In this document: positions 18,192 through 26,999 of the stretch, piece after piece
Numbering within the stretch: the stretch's first letter is position 1
How the letters are laid out: every line of letters starts with the position of its first letter
Assembly (NCBI GenBank): GCA_963770835.1
Contig: CAVYRH010000026.1
Location: forward strand, 78,811-142,810
Direction of reading: 5' to 3'
Source of the DNA: an uncultured Pseudomonadota bacterium
GTDB lineage: Bacteria > Oederibacteriota > Muellerivitia > Muellerivitales > Muellerivitaceae
Length of the DNA stretch: 64,000 nucleotides
Translations under genes and position numbers: made by a program
Notes under the pieces: generated by a model
What the model was told of the DNA's origin: nothing
The model's database searches: none
What the model saw: only the letters and a program-made list of their open reading frames with translations

Positions 18192-18574
18192 TTCTTTTGG
18201 ATACCCATGCCTGGATTTGGTGGTGCACGGGTTCTTCCAAGATTTCCCCGAAGGCCTTAAAGGCCATTAAAGCCGAAGAAACGGTGGGGATTTGCGCCAT
18301 TAGCTGTTGGGAAGTCGGGATGCTGGTGGCGAAAAAGCGGTTGGTCTTGGACCGGGACGTGGAGGTATGGGTAGACCAGGCCTTGAAATTCCCCAAAGTC
18401 CAGTTGATCCCCCTGACACCCCGGGTTGCCGTGAAAAGCACCTTGCTGGGGGAAGGATTCCATGGGGACCCGGTTGATCGGATCTTGGTGGCCACCGCGG
18501 CGGACTATGGTTGTCCCCTCGTCAGCAAGGATGAGCGAATCCATCGTTTCAAGGGCATCAAGGTGATTTGGTAA
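18188..18574 (+). CDS. vapC: Type II toxin, PIN-domain ribonuclease (VapC)
   Basis: 128 aa; ILLDTHAWIWW N-terminus with acidic PIN residues, typical VapC. Confidence 0.75.
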   Translation: MILLDTHAWIWWCTGSSKISPKALKAIKAEETVGICAISCWEVGMLVAKKRLVLDRDVEVWVDQALKFPKVQLIPLTPRVAVKSTLLGEGFHGDPVDRILVATAADYGCPLVSKDERIHRFKGIKVIW

Positions 18575-18748
18575 AAGATATGCGGAACACACCTGAACCG
18601 AAAAAAGCGCCTGCGGCGGATCAAATCGTCGCTATGGAGGATAAACACCGACAAGGCTACCTTTCTCATCCCGCCACAAAAAAGGAATTTGGGGTTTGGG
18701 AAAAGGAACAGGCTTGGGGGGATGAGTGAAGGTTAATAAGGCGATTTA

Positions 18749-21700
18749 ATGATCTCAGACCAGTCCGTTCGGGACCACATTATCCATGAACATGAGACCC
18801 TCTTCGCGGTGGATGCGGGGGCGGGAACTGGTAAGACCACGCTCCTGGTTTCCCGGCTCATCGCGCTTCTCCTGGAAAAGCAGGCGCCCTTAAGCCGCAT
18901 CGCGGCCATCACCTTCACCGAAAAGGCCGCGGCTGAATTGGCAGAGCGGCTCCGATCCAAGCTCGAAGAGGCTCTCAGTAAGCACCCCGACCAAAAAGCC
19001 CTGATTCTCCAAGCCCTCGAAGATATGGAAAGAGCCCCCATTTCCACCATCCATTCCTTCTGCGCGGGGCTTTTGCGGGAATACCCGGTGGAAGCGGGAG
19101 TGGACCCCCAGTTCACCCTCCTCGACGAAGTGCAATCGGGGGCCTTCGAGGACCAGGCCTGGGACTATTGGCTCAAGAAGAACCTGGCCAAGCCCGTCGA
19201 ACCCTTATTCCAGTTCCTTCGTTTGGGCGGCACCTTCGAGCATGTGGATGAACTCAAGCAGTTCCTGAAGCGCAACCGCACCCTTTTGGCCCTGTCATCC
19301 CCCAAACCCTTGCCTTCGGTCCAATCTTTTAAGTATCAATTCAGTTCCTTCGTGGCTTTGACGAAGAAGGAAGCCACCCAATGCGCCAAGCATGAGGATA
19401 CCCTTTATGTGGCTCTTGAAGCCTTTTGGGCCCAGTGCACGGCTATCGAATCTTTAAATACACCCTCGCCCCTTGGCCGTGGTTTTGAGGGTACACAGGG
19501 GCTCTTCCCTGTGAAAGCTGTTGGGGAGATGGGTAGGGTGAGGGGTAAGCAGGAGAGTCACCCTCATCCCGACCTTCTCCCGTCAAGGGAGAAGGGGAAA
19601 CCAATCGATGGTGACTCACTGTCTGAGGATATTGCCTTTGAGTTGGCGAACTTGAAGGTTCCCAAGGTCGGCAACAAGGGCGCCCAAGGCAATTGGGGGA
19701 AAGAGCGGTTGGCCGCCCTGCGGGAGGGGTTCGTGAAGCTGGCGGAGGACCATCAGACGGCATTTGCCTCCTTCAAAGAGGCCGCCGTCCTGAACCTGGT
19801 CCATTGGATCGGGGGATACCTGAAGGAATGGGAAAGCCAAAAGGCCCAGGGCGGCTTCCTCGATTTCGACGACCTACTCCTCAAGACCCGGGACCTTTTG
19901 CGGGACTATCCCGAAGCGCGGGAAGAGATGAAGCAACGGCTCGACTACCTCTTCGTGGACGAGTTCCAGGATACCGATCCCCTGCAAGTCGAGATTGTTT
20001 TCTTTCTCTCGGAGAAATTGGCCCCCCTACGCCATCCCACTACGCCCGATGGGCTTCGAGGGACAGGCGGCTTCGGGGGGCGGCCTCAAGTTATTGATTG
20101 GAAGAAGATTGAACTTGAGGCCGGCAAGCTTTTCCTGGTCGGCGATCCCAAGCAAAGCATCTACCGCTTCCGCCGCGCGGACGTCGCCATCTATGAGGCG
20201 ACGAAGGAACGCATCCTCGCCAACGGAGGCAGGGTCGAGGTTTTGGCCGAAAACTTCCGCACCGTAGGCGGTTTGGTGGAATGGGTCAACGGCTGTTTTC
20301 CTACCCTCTTCGAGGGCACGGGCATCCACTATCACCCCTTGAACGCGAGCCGGGAGAAAGGAAAGACCGAGGGTACATTGCCCATCCTTTGGGGCTTGAG
20401 CATCCAGGCGTCCAAGGAAGAAAAACCGGGCAAGGCCCTCCTTCGGCAGCTCGAGGCCGAAGGGGTGGCGACCTTCCTGAAAGAGCAAGTGTTGGGCGGC
20501 GGGTTCACGGTTTCGGACCCCAAGACCCACGAAAGGCGGCCGGTCAAGAAGGGCGACATCGCCATCCTTTTCCGGGACCTCTCCAACGACAACGAGGAAT
20601 TCTGGGAGGAAGCCCTCCGTAAACGGGACCTTTCCTACCAGATCGTGGGGGGAAAGAGGTTCTACAACCGCCCCGAGATCGTGGCCCTTTCCACCCTCTT
20701 GACCTGCCTTTCCTCGCCCGCCGACGAGGCGGGCTGTGTTGCCGTCCTCCGAGGGCCTTTGTTCGGTTTCAGCGACGAGGAACTGTTCCTTCACCATGCC
20801 GGCGGCGGGAACTTTCAATTCTTAAATCCCTCAAATTCCGGCAAAGACACCCCTCACCCTGACCCTCTCCCTCAAGGGGCGAGGGTAGCTAGTTCCCCTT
20901 CTCCCTTGAGGGGAGAAGGACGGGATGAGGGTGATTCAAAGGATTCTCCTCAAAGATATAGAGAAAAAATAAAGTTGGCATTCTCCTATCTTAGGGAATG
21001 GCATCAAGCCACCCGAACCTTAGGGGTGTCGGATACTCTCGCGAAACTCTATGAAAGCACCAACCTGCTCGCCGTGACGGCGGGCCAGCCCCATGGGGAA
21101 CAGCGGGTGGCGAACCTGATGAAGGTGCTCGACCAGGCACGGGACCTGGAGACCTCCCAACATTTCACCTACCGGGCCTTCACCCATTGGCTGACGACCC
21201 AACAAGAGGAAGGGACCATGGAGGGTGAGGCCCCCGGGCCCGATTCCTCCGAGGACCGCACCGGTGTCTTTAATGACACCGGCACCGTCAAATCCAGCGC
21301 CTCGGCTGGTAGCCTCGGCGCAGACCGCATCACCCTCATGACCATCCACAAGGCCAAAGGGCTCGAATTCCCAATCGTATTTGTGTCGGGCCTGGCCGCC
21401 GACCCCAAGGACTCGGGGAGCCTGGTGGACCGCAAACATTCGATAGGGGCTTTCAAAGTGGGGAAGGCGGACCTGGGTCTAAGGACCCTGAACTACGAGG
21501 CCGTGCGGGATGAGGAGGAGGTCCAACGCAAGGCCGAGGACACCCGCCTGCTTTACGTGGCGGCCACCCGGGCCCGGGATTGCCTTCTTTTGCCGCATTT
21601 CCAATTCTCACCCGAAAGCAAGACCCAGAATGAGAGCCTTTTCGCTGGGCCGCTGCTGAAGGCCCTGGAGGAAAACAGCGCGCTGGTGCTATCTGCGCCG

Positions 21701-22456
21701 AGGCCACCAGCCGAGGCGCAAGATTTGACGGCACGGGCGTCCTTACAGACGCCGGTGCATTGGGTCGAGCCGAAGGAAGATGCCGAACCCTTGGGCGACC
21801 CCCCGGCCTGGGTGGTGCCCTTGGACGAAAAACCGGGAGTGGCTTTGGAAGTTGAGAAGGAAAAGCTCAAGAACGAGCAGGAAGCCCGTAAGAAAAAACT
21901 CGAAACCTTACGCAGCGAGAAGGATTTCAAATCCGTCACATCGGTCCTGAGTGTGGACGCGGATAAAAAGGAGCGGGAAGAACGGGTCTTTGATGAACCG
22001 GAAGCGGTCTCACCCTGGGGTGGGAAGGACCTGGGTTCCTTCGCCCATCTTTTATTGGAAAAGGGCTGGGATTGGGATAGTGCTACTTTGAAAAAAGCAG
22101 CTTCGTTCTACGCGGAGAAGATGGGGATTCCCGGGGAACAAGCGGACATGGCCGTGGGATGGGTGGAGAAAGCTCTCGGAAGCGCACTCATTAAAAGAGC
22201 CAAAGATTCCAAAAAGGCTTATCGGGAATTACCCATCACCGGAAAGCGGAAGGATGGAACCTACTTGAACGCGGTCATCGACCTGGCTTTCTTCGAAAAC
22301 GATGAGTGGGTTATTGTGGATTACAAGAGCGACCAAGACCCCAAGAAACTCGAGGAAAAATACAAAGAGCAATTGGGCTATTACAGGGAAATGTTGGAGA
22401 CCCTGACCCAAAAGAAGGTCAAAGAAACCAAATTATTGTTCCTCCGAAAACTTTGA
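18749..22456 (+). CDS. addA: AddA-like ATP-dependent helicase/nuclease subunit (UvrD/Rep SF1 helicase plus C-terminal PD-(D/E)XK nuclease)
   Basis: Walker A AVDAGAGTGKTTLL; helicase motifs DEFQDTDPLQ, VGDPKQSIYRFRRAD, TIHKAKGLEFP; C-terminal nuclease VIDLAFFENDEWVIVDYKSDQD. Contains two in-frame repeat-element insertions. Confidence 0.85.
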   Translation: MISDQSVRDHIIHEHETLFAVDAGAGTGKTTLLVSRLIALLLEKQAPLSRIAAITFTEKAAAELAERLRSKLEEALSKHPDQKALILQALEDMERAPISTIHSFCAGLLREYPVEAGVDPQFTLLDEVQSGAFEDQAWDYWLKKNLAKPVEPLFQFLRLGGTFEHVDELKQFLKRNRTLLALSSPKPLPSVQSFKYQFSSFVALTKKEATQCAKHEDTLYVALEAFWAQCTAIESLNTPSPLGRGFEGTQGLFPVKAVGEMGRVRGKQESHPHPDLLPSREKGKPIDGDSLSEDIAFELANLKVPKVGNKGAQGNWGKERLAALREGFVKLAEDHQTAFASFKEAAVLNLVHWIGGYLKEWESQKAQGGFLDFDDLLLKTRDLLRDYPEAREEMKQRLDYLFVDEFQDTDPLQVEIVFFLSEKLAPLRHPTTPDGLRGTGGFGGRPQVIDWKKIELEAGKLFLVGDPKQSIYRFRRADVAIYEATKERILANGGRVEVLAENFRTVGGLVEWVNGCFPTLFEGTGIHYHPLNASREKGKTEGTLPILWGLSIQASKEEKPGKALLRQLEAEGVATFLKEQVLGGGFTVSDPKTHERRPVKKGDIAILFRDLSNDNEEFWEEALRKRDLSYQIVGGKRFYNRPEIVALSTLLTCLSSPADEAGCVAVLRGPLFGFSDEELFLHHAGGGNFQFLNPSNSGKDTPHPDPLPQGARVASSPSPLRGEGRDEGDSKDSPQRYREKIKLAFSYLREWHQATRTLGVSDTLAKLYESTNLLAVTAGQPHGEQRVANLMKVLDQARDLETSQHFTYRAFTHWLTTQQEEGTMEGEAPGPDSSEDRTGVFNDTGTVKSSASAGSLGADRITLMTIHKAKGLEFPIVFVSGLAADPKDSGSLVDRKHSIGAFKVGKADLGLRTLNYEAVRDEEEVQRKAEDTRLLYVAATRARDCLLLPHFQFSPESKTQNESLFAGPLLKALEENSALVLSAPRPPAEAQDLTARASLQTPVHWVEPKEDAEPLGDPPAWVVPLDEKPGVALEVEKEKLKNEQEARKKKLETLRSEKDFKSVTSVLSVDADKKEREERVFDEPEAVSPWGGKDLGSFAHLLLEKGWDWDSATLKKAASFYAEKMGIPGEQADMAVGWVEKALGSALIKRAKDSKKAYRELPITGKRKDGTYLNAVIDLAFFENDEWVIVDYKSDQDPKKLEEKYKEQLGYYREMLETLTQKKVKETKLLFLRKL
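19461..19604 (+). mobile_element. Composite in-frame insertion in addA built from the same hairpin-repeat family (inverted partial copies)
   Basis: caccctcgccccttg (= reverse complement of caaggggcgagggtg), then ggttttgagggtacacaggggctcttccctgtgaaagc (near-identical to 57471-57505), then agggtgagggg, then tcaccctcatcccgaccttctcccgtcaagggagaagg. Stop-free; encodes ...TPSPLGRGFEGTQGLFPVKAVGEMGRVRGKQESHPHPDLLPSREKGKP... Confidence 0.6.
20850..20934 (+). mobile_element. Second full copy of the TIR-bounded double-hairpin element, in-frame in addA
   Basis: cccctcaccctgaccctctccctcaaggggcgagggtagctagttccccttctcccttgaggggagaaggacgggatgagggtga, about 90% identical to 14504..14589. Encodes PHPDPLPQGARVASSPSPLRGEGRDEGD. 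Confidence 0.7.
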
Positions 22457-22461
22457 CCCAC

Positions 22462-24582
22462 CTACCGGCAAAGGGCCAGAAATTTTTTCAAGTCGTACTT
22501 CGGATCAAACTTCGCCGTGCGCTGGAAGCATTCCTTAGCCCGGTTGAAGTCCCCTTCCTTGACGAGGGCCAGCCCCAAGCGGTGGTAAACGCCCGCGAAT
22601 TTTCGGTCCAGAAAGGGGAAGGACCGGATCGCTTCCACCGGCTGACCCAGCAACCACTGGGCCGGGGTCATATCCGAACTCACCAGCAGGATGTCCAAAC
22701 CCTTTTCCAGGACCCAGCTTTTTAAAAGCGGGTCACTCCCACAGGAAGGATAAAGGGCCCAAAGTTTTTCCAAGACGGGCGTGAAGTCGGGATTTTCCAC
22801 CACATAGGGCATCCCGCCGTAGGCATCCTGCAAAACCTGGTGGACCTCCTTCCATTTGAGGAATATCTTTTGCTCTCCGGGTGAGGTGATGGGAACAAGG
22901 ACCAGGCAAAGAATGGGGCCGTTGGCGGCGGGATCGGATAAAACCTCGGACCGCGCCCGGGGAAACCTTTCTTGAAGGGTCTGGACGTAGTGAAGGTCGG
23001 TGAGGATCGCGGCCCAAGAGGCTTTTTCCGGCTCGAGCCGGGGATTGCGGGCCGCGTTGAAAGGGTAAGTGGACACCAGGAGGGATTGGTCATAGGCATC
23101 GGAAACGAAATCGCTGAAGACAAAACCCGGCCCCTGGCTTTCCTCCGTTTCCCTCAACAATTGAAACGCCCGGTAACGTTCCGGGGATTTGATGTGGATG
23201 CCTGGAACCATATTGGCGGACCATTGGTGAAACACCCCGAACAAGTGATAACTGTCCAAGCCAAGGGACAGGGCCAAGACCAGAAGAAAAAGGCTTTTTC
23301 GGGCGGAGGGTAGGAGGGTGGACAGCAGGATTCCCAGCCCTCCCGCCACCGGCACGAGGCACAAGGGCATAATGAGATCGGTGCGGAAGCATTCCAGGGT
23401 GTTGAAGAAAAAAGCCGGCAGAAACAAAAGACCCAGCGCCGCCCACCACCAGCTCCTCCAAGTTTTTCCCAGGAATCCGCGCCAGGTTCCCAGCCCGGTG
23501 AAAAACAAGGCATCCCAGACGGGATTGAAAAATCCGCCCCAAAGGGGGGCGAAACTCCAATAGGAACGGTCGATGGGGCCCCAAAAGACGGCGGTGAAAT
23601 AAGACAGGATGGACGCTCCTTGACGGTCCCAGGGGGTTCCCTGGCGGCTGAAGACGGAATAAGTAAAGACATGCCCTCCTGCGATATTCTTTAGGAACGC
23701 GGCGTCCATCGGCAGGGACAAAAGCACCGCGGGGAAGAGATAGGCCAGGAAAACTTTCCAACCCAGTCCCGGTTTTTTCCGGCAAGAAAGGTAAACCCCC
23801 GCCGTGACAAGGGCAGCCGGGGCCACAAAAAGCATGGAAGCGTAAAAACTTCCGCCCACGAGGAGGCCCAAAAGGAACGCCCGCCGTCCCGAAAGCCTGG
23901 AAGGAGCTCCCAGGAAAAGGCCCAAGACGCCCAACAGGAGGAATTCCACCACCCATTGGAGCACTCCCAGGTAGGCGTCGAATTTACCGTAGTAAAGGGG
24001 CCAAAAACCAAGGGCCAACAGCGCGGCGTAAAGGAAGGAAAAGGATGAAGGGAAAAAACGGCGGACAGCCCACCATCCCAAAGGCACGGCCAACAGCGAC
24101 AGCAAGGCGGGATAAAGCCACATGGAATAAAGGGAAGGCGCAAAAACCCTGAAGAATCCCCCTTGCAGCCAGGTGAAAAGCGGCATGGTTTTTTCATGGC
24201 CGATCAAAAGGGGCCAAGACCCTTTTTCGCAAAGGCCGATGGCGAAGTAACTGTAATTAGCGTCATCCCATGTCGGCCAGACGGGAACGGAAACCAGGCC
24301 GTAAAGCCTCAGGAACAGCGCCAGGACGCCCAAGACCAAAACCATTCCCCTACCGTTCATTTCCAAGGAAGGGAATGGCTTCTCCGGGTTCACTTTGGCG
24401 AAGGCGGGTGAGAAAAAAACCAATGCCAGCTGCAGCACCAATCCCAGGGGGAAAAGCCAAAATCTCTGCCAGACGGTCCAGGGACCCCAAGCCAACAATG
24501 CGTTCAAACCCATGAGGATGAAAAACCTGGCCCAAATCCTCAGAGCCTCCGGCCGGCCGGTTTCCGCGAACAAGAGGGGCAT
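22462..24582 (-). CDS. GT-C fold glycosyltransferase, PMT/TMTC-like multi-TM domain with C-terminal TPR repeats (paralog 1 of 6)
   Basis: 706 aa; >10 predicted TM segments; first-loop acidic motif VWPTWDDANYSYF (DD/DE of GT39-like enzymes); C-terminal TPR-like helices (...YHRLGLALVKEGDFNRAKECFQRTAKFDPKY). Confidence 0.6.
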   Translation of the reverse strand: MPLLFAETGRPEALRIWARFFILMGLNALLAWGPWTVWQRFWLFPLGLVLQLALVFFSPAFAKVNPEKPFPSLEMNGRGMVLVLGVLALFLRLYGLVSVPVWPTWDDANYSYFAIGLCEKGSWPLLIGHEKTMPLFTWLQGGFFRVFAPSLYSMWLYPALLSLLAVPLGWWAVRRFFPSSFSFLYAALLALGFWPLYYGKFDAYLGVLQWVVEFLLLGVLGLFLGAPSRLSGRRAFLLGLLVGGSFYASMLFVAPAALVTAGVYLSCRKKPGLGWKVFLAYLFPAVLLSLPMDAAFLKNIAGGHVFTYSVFSRQGTPWDRQGASILSYFTAVFWGPIDRSYWSFAPLWGGFFNPVWDALFFTGLGTWRGFLGKTWRSWWWAALGLLFLPAFFFNTLECFRTDLIMPLCLVPVAGGLGILLSTLLPSARKSLFLLVLALSLGLDSYHLFGVFHQWSANMVPGIHIKSPERYRAFQLLRETEESQGPGFVFSDFVSDAYDQSLLVSTYPFNAARNPRLEPEKASWAAILTDLHYVQTLQERFPRARSEVLSDPAANGPILCLVLVPITSPGEQKIFLKWKEVHQVLQDAYGGMPYVVENPDFTPVLEKLWALYPSCGSDPLLKSWVLEKGLDILLVSSDMTPAQWLLGQPVEAIRSFPFLDRKFAGVYHRLGLALVKEGDFNRAKECFQRTAKFDPKYDLKKFLALCR

Positions 24583-24665
24583 GAAGCTATTATTTGAAGG
24601 GGGATTGGGTTTTGCCAGTTAATTTTATTCCAATGGAAGAAATGTGAAGAAGGTAAAATAACCTT

Positions 24666-25619
24666 ATGCCCCATTCCCACGAGCATATGCACAGCCGGGC
24701 CGGCTTTCCCCACGACCATGAACACTCCGAGGGGCATGACCATTCCCACGGCCCCAGCCGCCGCGGCCAGATGCTTTGGGCCATTGGCATCACCGGCTCC
24801 ATCCTGGTCCTGGAAGTCATCGGGGGTTTCCTGTCCCATTCCTTGGCCCTCTTGTCCGACGCGGGCCACATGCTGACCGACCTGGCGGCGCTGCTCATTT
24901 CCTTGGCCGCCATGGTTATGGCCGAAAGGCCGGTCAGCGACCGCCATACATACGGTTTCGCGCGCCTGGAAGTGCTGGCGGCTTTCGGCAACGCCATCAC
25001 CTTCTTCGTCATGGTGGGGGCGGTGGGTTGGGAAGCCTTCCAGCGGCTTTCCACGCCCTCCCTGCCCGAATGTAAAACCATGGGCCTGATCGCCGCCATC
25101 GGGCTTTTGGCCAACATCCTCTCGGCCTGGTTTCTCCACGGGGCCCATGAGGACGATCTGAACATGAAGAGCGCCTGGATCCATGTCATGGGGGACCTGG
25201 CTTCCTCGGTGGGGGTGCTGGTGGGTGTGGCGGTCATCGCCAAGACCGGCTGGACCTGGGTGGACCCGGTCCTCAGTTTGGGAATCGCCGCCTTGATCGC
25301 CCTGAGCGCTTTCAAGCTTTTCTGGAAGGCCCTGCATATTCTTTTAGAGTCGGCCCCAAGGGGGCTGACGCCGGAGAGGATTAGTTCCTGCCTGACATCC
25401 CATATTCCCCAGGTCAAGGAAGTCCACCACGTGCATCTTTGGGAAGTGGGGTCCGGGGAAATCCACCTGACCGCCCATGTGGTGGTGGAGGACCAACCCT
25501 TGAGCCGGGCCCAGGACATCCTGGAACGGGCGGTGAAGGACCTGGAAAGGGAATGCGGCATCCACCACGCTACCCTCCAGCTGGAATCCTCAGGGCGGGA
25601 ACTCAAGGGCAATTCTTGA
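24666..25619 (+). CDS. czcD: Cation diffusion facilitator (CzcD/ZitB-like) metal efflux transporter with His-rich N-terminus
   Basis: HSHEHMH...HDHEHSEGHDHSH tail, 6 TM, CDF signature SLALLSDAGHMLTDL and HVMGDL, C-terminal cytoplasmic domain. Confidence 0.8.
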   Translation: MPHSHEHMHSRAGFPHDHEHSEGHDHSHGPSRRGQMLWAIGITGSILVLEVIGGFLSHSLALLSDAGHMLTDLAALLISLAAMVMAERPVSDRHTYGFARLEVLAAFGNAITFFVMVGAVGWEAFQRLSTPSLPECKTMGLIAAIGLLANILSAWFLHGAHEDDLNMKSAWIHVMGDLASSVGVLVGVAVIAKTGWTWVDPVLSLGIAALIALSAFKLFWKALHILLESAPRGLTPERISSCLTSHIPQVKEVHHVHLWEVGSGEIHLTAHVVVEDQPLSRAQDILERAVKDLERECGIHHATLQLESSGRELKGNS

Positions 25620-25739
25620 CCGACCAACCGAATCTTCGCAGGGTTACAACGTCATCGTTCCGGCAGTCGTTTGACAAAACAATGAACCGGGCGATAATGA
25701 ACAACTAATGAGCCGGCTAATTCATCTTCCATCCTCATT

Positions 25740-26960
25740 TTGAAACTCCGTCTGAAAGGCCCCAAGCCGGTTATGCGAAGAATCCAAATCGTCGACATAA
25801 TCCGGTCCATCAGCATCATCCTTGTTATGGGACAACATTTGTTCCTCGTGATGGGTCAACACTTGCTCCCATCGGGTAGATTCCCCGTCGATAAAATCAG
25901 TTTTTCATTAACCCACTTTTCCATCAATTTTTCCAACGGCCGTTTCGGAGTTGCACTTTTTTTTGTCGTCTCAGGATATTTGATCACTGAAATCATTGTT
26001 GGCCGAAGATTTGAAAACTATAAAGTCAACTTTAAGGATTTTTACACGAAGCGGGTCGCCAGAATTTTCCCGCTTTTTTTTGTGATTATTTTCACCGGAT
26101 GGCTGATGCTTCATTTTTTTAACATCCATACCCCGCTTTTCGAGGATTTTTTTAACCACCGGGATTACAAGTGTGATTCCAAATTTTGGTTTTCCTTGTT
26201 TTTGCTTCTTTTCAACTGGACCGTTTGCCTCAAGGGAGAAGGACTGGGCTGGTTTTGGACCGTTTTGTGGTCGTTGGCGGTTGAAGAACAGTTTTATTTG
26301 TCCTATCCGTGGGTTTTGAAGAAAATAAAAAAACTCAATAATTTGCTGCTTTTTCTTGGTGCCGTCATTTTGGGAGGTTTAATCTATCGGATCGTCCTGA
26401 CCTTATTGGGCTGGGGGGATTATGCTCACGCCGTCGTCACTTCCTTTGGATCCTTCGATCAAATCGCCATAGGTTCCTTGCTTTACTTCGTGTCGGAAAA
26501 ATGGAAAGACGAGTTTGCGGGGAAAAAAAGCCAATGTGCAGTGCTTTGCGCGATCGGGTTGGCCGTCATGTTAACGGCTTACATTAATATGACTTCCTCT
26601 TTCCCGACTTACCTAAATTACGGGGTCATTTTCGGCCCCTTTTTCATTTCGGCAGGATGTTTTTTGTTCCTATTGGGCGGGTTTCACTTGAGATTTTTTG
26701 AGTCGAGATATTTGCGATGGCTTACGATTCCGGGACAATTAAGTTATGGCTGTTATCTTTGGCATTTCTTGGTAATTTTTATGCTGTTTCCTTTTTTAAA
26801 AAATTTAGGCCCCTTTACGGCTTTCATGCTAATAGTCTTGGGGACGGTTCTATTCGCTTATGTGAGTTATGCCATCATTGAAAGGCCCGCGAATCATCTC
26901 ATCCGGAAACGATTCGGCCTTGGAAAAGGAAAATCATTATCGATTCCTGGATTAGGTTAG
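25740..26960 (+). CDS. Acyltransferase family 3 (OafA/YrhL-like) integral membrane O-acyltransferase, low-GC
   Basis: RIQIVDIIRSISIILVMGQH... N-terminus and about 10 TM segments typical of PF01757. GC much lower than neighbours. Internal tandem duplication VMGQHLFLVMGQHLL. Confidence 0.65.
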   Translation: MKLRLKGPKPVMRRIQIVDIIRSISIILVMGQHLFLVMGQHLLPSGRFPVDKISFSLTHFSINFSNGRFGVALFFVVSGYLITEIIVGRRFENYKVNFKDFYTKRVARIFPLFFVIIFTGWLMLHFFNIHTPLFEDFFNHRDYKCDSKFWFSLFLLLFNWTVCLKGEGLGWFWTVLWSLAVEEQFYLSYPWVLKKIKKLNNLLLFLGAVILGGLIYRIVLTLLGWGDYAHAVVTSFGSFDQIAIGSLLYFVSEKWKDEFAGKKSQCAVLCAIGLAVMLTAYINMTSSFPTYLNYGVIFGPFFISAGCFLFLLGGFHLRFFESRYLRWLTIPGQLSYGCYLWHFLVIFMLFPFLKNLGPFTAFMLIVLGTVLFAYVSYAIIERPANHLIRKRFGLGKGKSLSIPGLG

Positions 26961-26999
26961 ACTCGCTTCAATCCGCTTTGTTTTCATGAAGGATCAAAA

